Shown here piece by piece: positions 1 to 12,022 of a DNA stretch of 64,000 nt. Below the pieces are notes generated by a model. It was not told where the DNA came from. It ran no database searches and saw nothing but the letters and a program-made list of their open reading frames with translations. The position numbers and the translations under genes were made by a program. Numbering within the stretch: position 1 is the first letter of the stretch; each line of letters opens with the position of its first letter. The DNA is taken from the NCBI RefSeq assembly GCF_006345805.1, contig NC_043004.1, forward strand, positions 58,900,001-58,964,000, given 5' to 3'. This stretch comes from Octopus sinensis. Its lineage: Eukaryota.

Positions 1-445
1 AGATATATCTACTTTCCATATTCAAAAAGTTAAAGCAATCTGCTTGAATTTTTGTTGGGTGGAGTCAAAAACATTGGAAAGGGGTATTTGTGAAACTCCA
101 TTTGTTAAAAGGGGTTGTGCTGATTTAGACTAATTATACTTTGTAGCACAATTTTTGTCCTTGGGCAGCAACTGTTATTTCCTGTTTGCTTATCCCTAGA
201 AAGTATGAAAATGGCTAATACTTTCCTTCAAGCTTTGCTTTTGTTACATTTATCCAAACCCCCAAAAATCCTTCTCAACACATGGCTATGATGCTCCCTC
301 ACCACTGCTCATGATCAGAGATTCATATATTGTCAGCCATAGTGGTTATGGTCAAGCAACTGACAAGCAAATCTGAAGTATTGTGCAGAATATTTGCTGT
401 AATGATATTTCTTCTTCAGCAGTTTGGTGCTGAATCTGTCTGAAA

Positions 446-880
446 TCATCATCATCATCGTTTAACGTCCGTTCTCCATGCTAGCATGGGTTAGACAGTT
501 CGACCGGGGATCTGGGAAGCCAGAAGGCTGCACCAGGCTCCAGTCTTATCTGGCGGTGTTTCTACAGCTGGATGCCCTTCCTAACGCCAACCACTCTGCG
601 AGTGTAGTGGGTGCATTTTACGTGCACAGGTGCCAGGCGAGGCTGACAACGGCCACGGTCGGATTGGTGCATTTTACGTGCCACCAGCACAGAAGCCAGT
701 CGAGGCGACACTGGTATCGGCCACGATTCGGATGGTGCTTTTTACGTGCCACTGGCACGGAAGCCAGTCGAGGCGGCGCTGGCATCGGCCACGAATTGGA
801 TAGTGCATTTTACGTACCACCAGTCCAGGGGTCCTGGCATTGCCGGGTGCCAGTCATAGGATTGGTTCAATTTTGATTCC
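446..880 (-). mobile_element. 5'-truncated RTE 3' UTR copy
   Basis: (CAT)n then cgtttaacgtccgttctccatgctagcatgggtt, the reverse complement of the LINE end at 35500-35677. Confidence 0.85.
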
Positions 881-1521
881 AATTCAGTTTCAAAACATTG
901 ATGTCCAGGTCACAAAAGCAAAGTTTGAAGAGAATAGTAGTTTCCTTTGATTTCTTGATAGAAGCAAATAGAAAATAACACTTAATGACCAAAGACAAAA
1001 AATTTTTTTTTAAATGAAATTTTGTTACAGTGTTATTAAATAGATGTGTCTCTCTCTCTATATATATATTTATTATACCAGGGAAGAGAGAGCTGCTGTT
1101 TGGCATTTGAAAAATTATGGGCACAGGAGTTAGAACTGTTTTTATCTCAATAAAAATGGTGGTATTTTGGTCTTTATTGTTCCAAAAAGATGAGTTGAAC
1201 TTTAGCAAACTAAGTCATCTAAGTAATTAATTAACTCTTATTTGTGTAGTAGATGGTGGGAGATAATCAAGGATTTTTCAATAAAAATTATCTGGTGTTT
1301 ATATTATAATTTAATAGAGTTCTTCATATAAAGTTATGATGGTAGTTTTTCAATAAGCAGTTTTGTATATTGAACAGAGAGAGGCAGCTTCTGGTGGGTT
1401 GGTAACGAAAACAGTTAAGAATTAATATTCATAACTGGAGTAAGTTAATGTCAAGTTGTGTTACCATTGCTATCTGACTTTGATATTGACACATACATAA
1501 ATGTAGATAAATGCAAACAAA

Positions 1522-2062
1522 CATCATCATCATCGTCGTTTAATGTCCATTCTCCATACTAGCATGGGTTGGACGGTTCGACCGGGGATCTGGGAAGCCA
1601 GAAGGCTGCACCAGGCTCCAGTGTTATCTGGCAATGTTTCTACAGCTGGATGCACTTCCTAATGTCAACCACTCCGTGAGTGTAGTGGGTGCTTTTTACG
1701 TGCCACCTGCACAGGTGCCAGGCGAGGCTAGCATCAGCCACGGTCAGATTGGTGCTTTTTACGTGCCGGCGGCACTTACTTCGGCCACGATTCGGATGGT
1801 GCTTTTTACGTGCCACCGGCACGAAAGCCAGTCGAGGCGGCGCTGGCATCGGCCATGATTCGGATAGTGCTTTTTACGTACCACCAGTCCAGGGGTCCTG
1901 GCATCTGCCGGGTGCCAGTCATAGGATTGGTTCAATTTCGATTTCACTTGCCCCCAACAGGTCTTCGCAAGCATGGGTGCCTGTCGTCGGATGAGGTTCG
2001 ATATCGACTTCGCTTGCCTCAACAGATCTTTGTGTGTCCAAGGGAGGAAAGGTATGCATGTA
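1522..2062 (-). mobile_element. 5'-truncated RTE 3' UTR copy
   Basis: Same terminus and tail; extends to aaggtatgcat, which matches the LINE near 35112. Confidence 0.85.
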
Positions 2063-2087
2063 AATTCATGTTTGCTGTCTTATATAT

Positions 2088-3180
2088 ATCATCATCATTG
2101 TTTAACATCCATGTTTCATACTAGCCTGGGTTGGACAGTTTGGTAGGATCTGCTGTGTCCAAGGACTGCATCTTGCTCCAGTGTCTGCTTTGGCATGATT
2201 TCTATGTGCCCTTCCTAATGCCGACCACTTTACGGCATGACTGGTGCTTTTTTATCGTGCCACCTGCACTATTGAGTTTGCCATGCAGTTTGCAAGACTA
2301 TGAATCCTAAGGGTGGGTAGAGTCAGCTTCATGCTAGGGGATAAAGGGTTTACTAAGAGAAGGGATGGGGCAAAGCCAGTTCTTGTGGGATCTGCATGAT
2401 CACTCACATCTAGTTGGGGAAAGGAGGAGAAGGAAGAGAAAATGATGAGTAGAAGCTGCAAGAGATGGATAATGACAATGAGGTGCAAGTTGAGTAGAAA
2501 TGGGTGGGTGGGTGAGTGGGCACTTTGTGGGATTGTATGGGAAGGAGGTGGGGGATTTGGAGGTAGACTGCTGGAATGGGTACAGCTGAAGAGTTGGGGA
2601 AGATGGAGGGGTGTAGAAGAGAGTGTGATGGGCTGAGCAGTAGAAGTAAAATGATACAGTTGCCTGTTAGGAGGACATCAGAGGGAGATGACCAGAGTGG
2701 GGAATCATTGTAAGAGGGTGAAGAGCACAAAACATAGTACTGCCGGAACTCAGTTTCATTCAGGACACGCCTTTTCTAGAACCTTATGTCAACCCTGGTC
2801 ATTAATCTTCTGTCAGGCTTAGGATCTTTACATCAGCCTCCTTCTCCACTTCATCCTGCTTTCCTGGGTCTCTCCCTCTTCACCAAGTTCCAGCCACATT
2901 GAAGTGATTCATACTTCTTTCTATACAGCTATCCTCATCCATATGCATCATATGTCCATCCCAGTGCAGTCTTCTCTCTTGACTACAACATCCGATTCCT
3001 CTTGTGCCCAGTTTTTTTTCATTCAACACTTTTTTTAATAATTCTTTCGTGCACACTCACATTGCACATCCAATGAAGCACACTCGCTTCACTTCTTTCT
3101 AGTCTTCTAAAGTCCTCAGCATTCAAAGCCCATGTCTCATCACCATGCAGCATTAACAACAGCATCGTAGAACCTGCCCT
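2088..3180 (-). mobile_element. Old degenerate RTE fragment (ORF C-terminus plus 3' UTR)
   Basis: Minus strand of 2800-3180 gives a degraded QERRLHWDGH..MDEDSCI...RGRPRK. RTE-type terminus with (CAT)n near 2090. Confidence 0.75.
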
Positions 3181-3188
3181 TCACTCGC

Positions 3189-3221
<33 letters not shown>

Positions 3222-3951
3222 ACATGTAGGTTAGTTAGTTAGTTAGTTAATTTTTTGGCTCAAAAAGCAAAAAGCAAGGCCATGTAAAGGGACATGGAGT
3301 TATGTACAGGGTGGTGTTCATGTAAAGAGTTCAGGCCACTTGAGGTCAAGGGAGACTTTGAATCGAGCGGTCGTCGGCATCTTCACCATCTCGTCTGGCA
3401 GCTTATTCCACGGATATTTGTGTGTGTGTATATTTGTGCATTGTGTGTGTATATATATATATATTTGTGCATTGTGTGTGTATATGTATTTGAGTATATG
3501 TGGTGTGACGTTGAGTAACCTAATGAAGGAACAAAATACTCCTCACTCCCATGTCTGCCAAGTTTGCCACATTTGTCTCACTGTTAATGCTTAATGTGCC
3601 AAAAACAATGGCTTATGTATATATGTGTATATACACACAGATACACATATCTATATATATATATATGTGTATGTTCTTAAAAAGATTTTATGTAAAACCA
3701 ACCATTTTAAAGCCAAGACAGCATCTGTTCTTGATTGTGTCATGTCATTGTAGGAGTAATTGAGTTCAATTATCTGCTTGTCTTTGTTTAGCCTTAATTA
3801 TTTAGGTGACATCCATTTCCCCTAAATAAAAGGGGCACCCCTGTAAAGGCTTCACATTTCTCAAAACATTGTCAGTAATTTTCCTACAATTTGTTAAAGA
3901 GAATCCCTGTAACTGATTTGACGAAGAGATTAAGTACCAGGTTTTAAAATC

Positions 3952-4190
3952 ACCATCATTGTATAACATCTGCTCTCCATGCTGGCCTGGGTTGAATGGT
4001 TTGGCATGGAGCTAGCTAGCCAGGGAGCTGTCTAGACTCCAACTGTCTGTTGTAGCGTGTTTTCTATGGCTAGATGCCCTTCCTTATGCCAGCCTCTTAG
4101 CAGAGTGTACTGGCTGCTTATTATGTGCTCTCAACATGGGTGCATTTATGCAGCTCTGGCATGGGTGCTTTTTAAGTGACACCAGCACCT
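3952..4190 (-). mobile_element. Diverged RTE 3' end
   Basis: tctccatgctggcctgggtt...gatgcccttcct..gcca motif shared with the LINE 3' UTR. Confidence 0.65.
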
Positions 4191-4484
4191 GAAAAGACAA
4201 GCCTGTATGTGTGGAAGACAGCAGATTTACTTAGCTTGATATACCTTGATATCAAGTACAGCAAATTGCCATATCTTCCAGTCCTTTATCATTTCCTTAG
4301 TGAGGCCTAGCATTCAGAAAATAAGCACCGGGATTAATCTGATCGATTCAACCCTTGAACACAGTGCCCCAGCATGGCCGCTGTCCACTAACTAAAACAA
4401 GTAACAATAACAGAATAGCACAACTTGGGTTATTAATGTTTTAATTGATTTAGTATTGTATTTTCCTTAATGTTGTTCTCTCAG

Positions 4485-4551
4485 GGGTAAAAATTCAGAT
4501 GCCTTGATTCACATTCTTAACAACCCACCGGCTGACACAAAAGCTTCCAGG
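4485..4551 (+). CDS. ARPC5: ARPC5 (Arp2/3 complex subunit 5) internal coding exon; exon 1 lies upstream of the window
   Basis: Acceptor ttctctcag, donor gtaagt. Translates GKNSDALIHILNNPPADTKASR, matching the ARPC5 segment [24 protein letters not shown]. Confidence 0.85.
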
Positions 4552-4578
4552 GTAAGTACTGGCATATGTTTGTTTGTT

Positions 4579-5032
4579 TTAACCTTTTAGCATTTAAACC
4601 GGCAATATCTGGCCAAAATATTCTATTGGTTTTTATGTTTAAACTGGCCGAATCTGGCCTCTCACAGCGACCTTAACCCTATCATTACTGTATTTATTTT
4701 GAAATGTTCTGTGTTTCTTTCAATTACTTTAAATATTACAAAGAATTTATTAAAATAACTTGGTTATTATTCAGCTAATGTTAGGAACATAAATTGGGAC
4801 TAAGGTTTTGGTGGAAGATTTTAATTCAAAACTTACGGAAACAAGACATTTGTACTCAGAGCCAGAGCTGGTTTCAGTCGGGTTGGTAACGAAAGAGTTA
4901 AAATATTATTCTAAAATTAAACAATCATGTCATTGAAATCTCAAATCCACAAGAAAATACATGACTAATTCAAATGAATTTGAATAAATAAGTGTTACAT
5001 CTGATAAAGTAATTTGAATGCTAAAGGGTTGA
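4579..5032. mobile_element. piggyBac-type MITE-2 (TIR CCCTTTAGCATT) containing nested MITE-1 at 4673-4901
   Basis: TTAA-flanked termini; the inner element is also bounded by TTAA. Confidence 0.8.
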
Positions 5033-5696
5033 AATAAATAATACAGATTTGGATATTTTGATGTCATTCCTTATTTTTTTAGTTGTTGTTGTTGTATATA
5101 TGTAGTGGATGTGTGTGTATGTAAATAAATACATAAATTGTTTCAGGATTAAAAAGGGATTTATTTACATGGGTTATAAGTACACTACATACAAATGTAA
5201 GCAATTGCTACGAATTGCTTGTATAGAACACATATTAAAGATGAATATGTTTGTGTGTGCGTGAATCATTCGAAACAGTAGTCGATAGATACTTTAGGCA
5301 TTTCTCTGTCATTTCCAAAACGCGGGGCGAGATAGATCTGTCTGCTGCCGTCTTCGCTGCGATTCTCTTCTCTGTTTTCCCCCCCGTTGTATTTATAATA
5401 TTTGAGGCAGCTAGAAAGATAGACATACTGCAACAGAGTTACTACCTAAGTAGGTCAGCGCTTGTCCAGTTGAACTTCGCCTGACATGGCTGAGGTCGTA
5501 GGTCAAAGGGAGATGATCAATCACTTTTTGACAGAACAAAGAGATCCTTAAATTTCATGCATTGGTTTTTGACGACCGATGATTCTTGGATTCGATTTCA
5601 AATCTAGGCTTAGAGAAGGAAGTGCTAACTCTTACACATACATAGCCTGTTAAAACACAAACTCCCTAAACAGTTATACATATAGTAAGATCAAAT

Positions 5697-5915
5697 TTAA
5701 CCCTTTCATTATTGTATTTTGAGATGTTCGGTGTTTCTTTCACTTACTTTAAATATAACAAAGAATTTAGTAAAATAACTTAGTTCTCATTCAATTAGTG
5801 TTAGGAACTTAAATTGTGACTAAGGTTTTGGTGGAAGATTTTAATTCAAAACTTTTGAAAACAATACATTTGTACTCAGAGCCAGTTTCAGCTGGGTTGG
5901 TAATGAAAGGGTTAA
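5697..5915. mobile_element. piggyBac-type MITE-1 (TIR CCCTTTCRTTA, TTAA TSD)
   Basis: ttaa-ccctttcatta...taatgaaaggg-ttaa. Confidence 0.88.
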
Positions 5916-6045
5916 GGTAGTGTTGTAATTTGAAAGGATGTTTAATGTAAATCTATCTGATTTGTTTGATTTGCCTATATGTTATGATAGCTCTTATCTT
6001 TATAACAGTGATGTGAATGAGAACTATTTTCAGAAAAAATACCTC

Positions 6046-6420
6046 GCTTGTTTACCAACCACATGGTTCCAGGTTCAGTCCCACTGCGTGGCACCTTGGG
6101 CAAGTGTCTTCTACTATAGCCTCGGGCCGACCAAAGCCTTGTGAGTGGATTTGGTAGACGGAAACTGAAAGAGCCCGTCGTATATATGTATATATATGTA
6201 TGCGTGTCTATGTTTGTGTGTCTGTGTTTGTCCCCCTAGCATTGCTTGACAACTGATGCTGGTGTGTTTATGTCCCCGTCACTTAGCGGTTCGGCAAAAG
6301 AGACCGATAGAATAAGTACTGGGCTTACGAAAGAATAAGTCCCGGGGTCGAGTTGCTCAATTAAAGGCGGTGCTCCAGCATGGCCACAGTCAAATGACTG
6401 AAATAAGTAAAAGAGTAAGA
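6046..6420 (+). mobile_element. SINE family A (tRNA-derived head, CORE-like ccttgggcaagt, central (TA)n(TG)n, AAAAGAGT tail), 5'-truncated
   Basis: High identity to the other copies in the window. Confidence 0.85.
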
Positions 6421-6642
6421 GGATATGAAAAATAAATAGATGGGGATTAAGACTGTTTATTTTAGCCTTAAGCATTTAAACCAATCATATCTGGCCCAAA
6501 TATTCTACCTGTTTTAGACTGGCTAATTTTGGTCTTTCACATCTACACTCCATTGTCATATTAAAAATATTCAATCACACCATCAAAATTTCCAAGCTAT
6601 GAGATAATTTACTATTAATTCAAAACAATGTGAATAAATTAG

Positions 6643-7205
6643 TGAAGATGCATAGCTCAGTGGTTAGAGCTTCAGGCTCACAATCATGAACTAATGAGTC
6701 TGATTCCTAGACTGGGCTGTGTTGTGTTTTCAAGCAAGACACTTTATTTCACATTGCTCCAGTTCACTCAGCCGTTGAAATGAGTTGCGACTTCACTGGT
6801 GTCAAACTGTATTGGCCTTTACTTTTTCCCTTGGATAAAATTGGTGGCATGGAGAGTGGGTTTGGTATGCATGGGCAACTGCTGATGGTCTTTAACCCTT
6901 TCGTTACCAACCTGGCTGAAACCGGCTCTGGCTCTTTAGTACAAATGTCTGGTTTTCAAAAGTTCTGAATTAAAATCTTCCACCAAACCTGAGTCATAAT
7001 TTACATCCCTAACTCTAGCTTAATGATAACGATGTTATTTTACTTAATTCTTTGTTATATTTAAAATAATTGGAAGAAAGACTGAGCATCTCAAAATAAA
7101 TTCAGTAACGAAAGGGTTAAACAACCTTGTCTGGACTTGTGCTTCAGAGGGTGACTTTGTAGGTGTAAACTTATGGTCATACATGATTGAAGGGGGTCTT
7201 TACCC
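6643..7205 (+). mobile_element. SINE family D (tRNA head, gagcaagacactt central domain) interrupted by a MITE
   Basis: tagctcagtggttagagc A box; colinear with 42163-42490 once 6892-7116 is removed. Confidence 0.8.
6892..7120. mobile_element. piggyBac-type MITE-1
   Basis: ttaa-ccctttcgttac...gtaacgaaaggg-ttaa. Confidence 0.9.
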
Positions 7206-7259
7206 TTTTTAATAAGCATTACATTTGGCAGAATAAAACTGGATGTTAAAGAGTTAATT

Positions 7260-8262
7260 CTTTCTACTATAGGGACAAAGTTTGATATTTTCTGTGAAGT
7301 GGGTAGTTAATTACATACCCTAGAGTGATCAGCTGGTACTTATTTTATTGGTTGCAAAAGGATGAAAAGCAGAAGTTCACTTTGATGTCAGAATGTAAAT
7401 CTGAAAGAAATTCTAAGAATTTTGTCCAACTCGCTAATGTTTCTGCTGGCTTGTCACCTTATATTGGTTTCTGATTTAAGCATGTTTTGATGGAGAGGGG
7501 TTGTCAGTACTGTCAGCTTACATATTTGGCTGCTACTTCCTTTTGTTGACCCTGAAAGAATGAAGAGTAAAGCTGACCACCATAGGATTTGAACTGGGTG
7601 CCTAAAGAGTCAGAAGAAATGCTGTAAAGCAGTGTTTCTGACCCTCTAATGATTCTGCCAGCTTGCTATTAACCCGTTCGTTACCAACCTGGCTGAAACC
7701 AGCTCTGGCTCTGAGTACAAATGTCTTGTTTTCATAAGTTTTGCATTAAAATCTTCCACCAAACCTGAGTCATAATTTACATCCCTAACTCTAGCTTAAT
7801 GATAACGATGTTATTTTACTAAATTCTTTGCTATATTTTAAGTAATTGAAAGAAGCGCATTGCATCTCAAAATAAATACAGTAACTAAAAGGTTAAGTGG
7901 TTACGTGTGGCTGTCCCAACTATAGCTGAATTAAAGAAAAAAGGGGGAACTTTTCATTGGATTCTGAAAGAACAAAGTGATAGTTTGCAACACAAGCCTA
8001 CTCATGTATGAAGCATATGTTCCCATCGTAACCTGTATAAATAAGTCTTTCTAATTTTGGCACAAGGCCGGCAGCTTTGAAGGGAGGGTGCAAATTAATT
8101 TCATTGACTTCAGTACTTTACTGGTACTTTATTTTATTAATCCTGAAAGGATGTAAAGTATGGTTGACCTTGGCAGAATTAAAACTCTGAACATAAAGAG
8201 TTGGAAGAAATGCCAGTAAGCATTTTGTCCAATATACTAATGGCTGTGCCTGCTTGCTACCT
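7260..8262 (-). mobile_element. Three degraded SINE family B copies (about 7260-7460, 7480-7668, 8055-8262)
   Basis: ctggtacttattttatt...aaggatg.aa...gaac motifs. Confidence 0.6.
7669..7896. mobile_element. piggyBac-type MITE-1
   Basis: TTAA TSD; same internal sequence as the other copies. Confidence 0.85.
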
Positions 8263-8426
8263 TTATAATTGGTATAAACAATATCAGGTAAAATAAATTG
8301 AATGATAAGGAGATACAGAAACAAAATTACAAATCTTTCCCATGAAATAGCTATAAATTAAATGGTTATCATGGACTTAGTTTATGCGAAATTTAGTCTG
8401 AATGTTTAAAAGTAAACATAGTACAT

Positions 8427-8820
8427 AGGCGCAGGAGTGGCTGTGTGGTAAGTAGCTTGCTAACCAACCATATGGTTCCGGGTTCAGTCCCACTGCGTGG
8501 CATCTTGGGCAAGTGTCTTCTGCTATAGCCTCGGGCCGACCAATGCCTTGTGAGTGGATTTGGTAGACGGAAACTGAAAGAAGCCTGTCGTATATATATA
8601 TATATGTATGTGTTTGTGTGTCTGTGTTTGTCCCCCTAGCATTGCTTGACAACTGATGCTAGTGTGTTTACGTCCCCGTCACTTAGCGGTTCGGCAAAAA
8701 AGACCGATAGAATAAGTACTGGGCTTACAAAAGAATAAGTCCCGGGGTCGAGTTGCTCGATTAAAAGGCGGTGCTCCAGCATGGCCGCAGTCAAATGACT
8801 GAAACAGGTAAAAGAGAGTA
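8427..8820 (+). mobile_element. SINE family A, full length
   Basis: A-box-like tggctgtgtgg, B-box-like ggttcagtcc, tail gactgaaacaggtaaaagagag. Confidence 0.9.
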
Positions 8821-9126
8821 CATATATAATGGCCAGAAATTTTGTGCATGACAGAACAAACTTGAAAAAATGAATATTACAAACGTTTTTGTTTTTTTTA
8901 GCGCATTTAAGCTTGTGGAGATCCAACTACATATATGGAACTCGGGAGTAGTTTTTTGAGATATTTTCTCTGGAAAAAAAGTGTGCATTTACATACCAAT
9001 AATATAGCAAGTCATGTGATAACAGTAACAAGCTTTTATCCTTCCAAATAAAAAACAAAAACCTTTGTAATATTCATTTTTTCAAGTTTGTTCTGTCATG
9101 CACAAAATTTCTGACCTTTATACATG

Positions 9127-9182
9127 TACTCTTACTCTTTTACTCTTTTACTTGTTTCAGTCATTTGACTGCGGCCACACAA

Positions 9183-9235
<53 letters not shown>

Positions 9236-9418
9236 CATATATATACATATATACGACAGGTTTCTTTCAGTTTCCGTCTACCAAATCCCCTCACAAGGCA
9301 TTGGTCGGCCCGGGGCTATAGCAGAAGACACTTGCCAAAGATGCCACGCAGTGGGACTGAACCTGGAACCATGTGGTTGGTTAGCAAGCTACTTACCACA
9401 CAGCCACTCCTGCGCCTA
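9127..9418 (-). mobile_element. SINE family A, internally deleted
   Basis: The tail is joined directly to the microsatellite near 9176. Confidence 0.85.
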
Positions 9419-10193
9419 TGTTTACTATGTTTACTTTTAAACATTCAGACTAAATTTCGCATAAACTAAGTCCATGATAACCATTTATTTTATAGCCATT
9501 TCATGGGAAAGTCAAATTATTTCACTGAAGTAGGAAATTTTAATGTATTATTTTACAATTCGCATTTGGTAGGAATCACTACATTTTTACTAACCGCAAG
9601 CTTTTGACTCTGACTCACAGAGCTTTCATATGTCCTTACTAACCATAAGTGAACTTGATTAGTAATATTCACTAATTACCACACTACTTTCCCATCTTCT
9701 CATTGCTTTGAGCCTTGCTACTTTCTGGTAGTCACACAAATAAGGCAGGACTGATAAATTATTCTATCGAAAGAAGACGTTTCACTGTTAGAACTAATAT
9801 ACAGAATAGAACTATAATATTACTCACTTGTGCAAGTTAGTTACCGAAATCTCTCCAACAAAGCTGGTGTGAAGTTTAATTGAAGTATTTTAAAAATATT
9901 TTAATATTACTACGTAGCACATTCACCTGAGCTGGTCTGTGTTTTCTGTTTTCTTTCAGCAAATTACCAAGATATTCATACTATTTTGGAAATATTTCTA
10001 CACCTGCTTGTTGTAACTTGTCATCACTATTATGTTTTGGTAACATTTACAAACTGTAACATTAACTAAGATAGCATAAAAGCATTGAAGACATCATTCA
10101 GACAACATCTAGTAACAATATTTCTTTATCTTATGAAGATAATTTACAATTAAGAATATTCAACTTTCAGTTTTCTTTTTCTTCTTTTAACAG

Positions 10194-10370
10194 GACAAAG
10201 CATCCCAACTGACAACGAAAGTTCTCACATCATTCCGAGGCAATGATATGGACACTGCTGTTGAAGGTCTAAATTCTAAACAGATAGATATGTTGATGAA
10301 ATACATTTATATAGGTTTTGAGTTCTTCTCAGAAGGCAGCAGTGCCATATTGCTTACATGGCATGAAAAG
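10194..10370 (+). CDS. ARPC5: ARPC5 coding exon
   Basis: Polypyrimidine tract plus cag acceptor, gtaaag donor, 177 nt, phase 0. DKASQLTTKVLTSFRGNDMDTAVEGLNSKQIDMLMKYIYIGFEFFSEGSSAILLTWHEK contains the ARPC5 hallmarks D.LMKYIY.GF and SSA.LL.WHEK. Confidence 0.96.
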
Positions 10371-11057
10371 GTAAAGTATTTCACCATTTTCCTTTTTGGT
10401 TTTGTTTTAAATATATCTCCTGCTAAGTCCTGATGGAAGCAGGAGATTTCCCATCGGCTGAATTTCAGCCACCTGATATGAAATATGAATCTGAGAGACA
10501 GATATATGTCTGTAGGGTTAAGAAGTATGTTCTACAACCACTTAGTTCTGGGTTGAGTTCCATTGTGTAGTACTTCACAACACCCCCAGGCTAATCAAAT
10601 CTTGATAGTGGAGTTGGTAGATGGAAACTGTATAGAAGCTTGTTTAGATATGTATACCACAATGGTCATAACCGTCATTGTTTAAACATTCACTTTTCCA
10701 TACTGTCATCACTCTCACCCTCTTTTTTTTAAACGTGGGTCGTTCCTCTACTGCAAGAAATCTGTTCTGTCCTGACCCTGGTTTACCTCTCTCTACTGGC
10801 ATAAAGTTACCTTCTTGTGCAAGCTGCATGACAACCACCCTAATGCTGGTGACACAAAAAAAGAGCACCTGGTATAAGCCATAAAGTGGTTGGTATTAGG
10901 AGGGGCATCCAATTGTAGAATGCATGCCAAAGCAAACACTTGTGAGCATGATGCAGTCCTCGGCCCCATCAGATTAATATTTATTTATTCATATTGTTTT
11001 GAATTAGTCATGCATTACCTTCGAGATTACAATAATATGATTTTTTTATTTTGAGAA

Positions 11058-11436
11058 CTAGCAGTATCGCCCGGCGTTGCTCAGGTTTGTAAGGGAAATA
11101 ACTATAAAGCATTTTTAGAGAGTTATAGCCAAAAAATAGCAAAAAAATGATGGTAAATTTTTTTTGAGAGTAAAAAAAGGTGGAGTTGCGTCCCCTAGAC
11201 AGTTTGCGGTTTGTGTTTCTGATTCTCGACCCCATGTCGAATTTATCGATTTTTTTCAGAACTGGGGGAACTTTTCAAAATTTTCGCTGCGTTAGTTTTG
11301 AATTATGACATTGGGCTATGTGTGTGTCAAGTTTCATCAGAATCGGTTGAAAGCCGTGGTCAGGGTGAGGGTACAAGCAAACAGACACACAGAAACACGC
11401 ACAGACAAACTGCCGTTTATATATAGAGAGAAGAGA
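11058..11436 (-). mobile_element. Non-autonomous Helitron
   Basis: Minus strand 5'-TC...hairpin...CTAG-3', inserted between A and T with no TSD, inside a MITE-2 remnant. Confidence 0.85.
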
Positions 11437-11630
11437 TGACGTTGGTGGATAGGTGTGAGAGGCCAGATCTGGCTGTCATCATCATCATTATCATATTCCT
11501 GCTTCCCATGCTGGCATGAATTGAAAGCAGGTAGGGGTTTGGGGCCAGATACAGCTGGTTTATATACTACAGAATTAAACCCTCCAACTTGTGCCAGCTT
11601 GGATCATGGATGTGAAATGATGATGATATA

Positions 11631-11987
11631 CAGGGTGGCCCCAAAAGTAGGTTTACAGTTATCACATATGCATTTTAAATTTCTTTTAAAACATTTTGCT
11701 ACATTTAAATTTCTATCTTACAAACTGAAAAGGAAACTTGACAAAATTAACTAAATTAGCATAGAATAATACTCTTTTCTCTTTACTCTTTTACTTGTTT
11801 CAGTCACTTGACTGCGGCCATGCTGGAGCACCGCCTTTAATCGAGCAAATCGACCCCGAGACTTATTCTGTTTTGTAAGCCCAGTACTTATTCTATCGGT
11901 CTCTTTTGCCGAACCGCTAAGTAACGGGGACATAAACACACCTGCATCGGTTGTCAAGTAATGCTAGGGGGACAAACACACTCACGC

Positions 11988-12022
<35 letters not shown>

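Larger units (their letters stand above)
8337..9511. repeat. Inverted duplication in an ARPC5 intron
   Basis: Arms about 8337-8899 and 9049-9511; each has unique flank, SINE A, unique flank. Confidence 0.92.

Noticed and set aside
478-876. Recurrent MLAWV...LDALPNANHS ORFs
   Set aside because: Antisense translations of RTE 3' UTR copies.
1688-1925. CRISPR-like repeat-spacer array
   Set aside because: Eukaryotic context, no cas genes, spacers related to each other, and the array is part of the RTE 3' UTR.
6650-6715. tRNA gene (also 39262-39325 and 42170-42230)
   Set aside because: A and B boxes are present but there is no complete cloverleaf, and the sequence continues into SINE bodies.
8377-8652. 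Recurrent short ORFs (MSSNARGTNT..., ...SFSFRLPNPLTRHWSARGYS...) suggesting a multigene family
   Set aside because: They are translations of SINE A copies; frames vary with microsatellite length.
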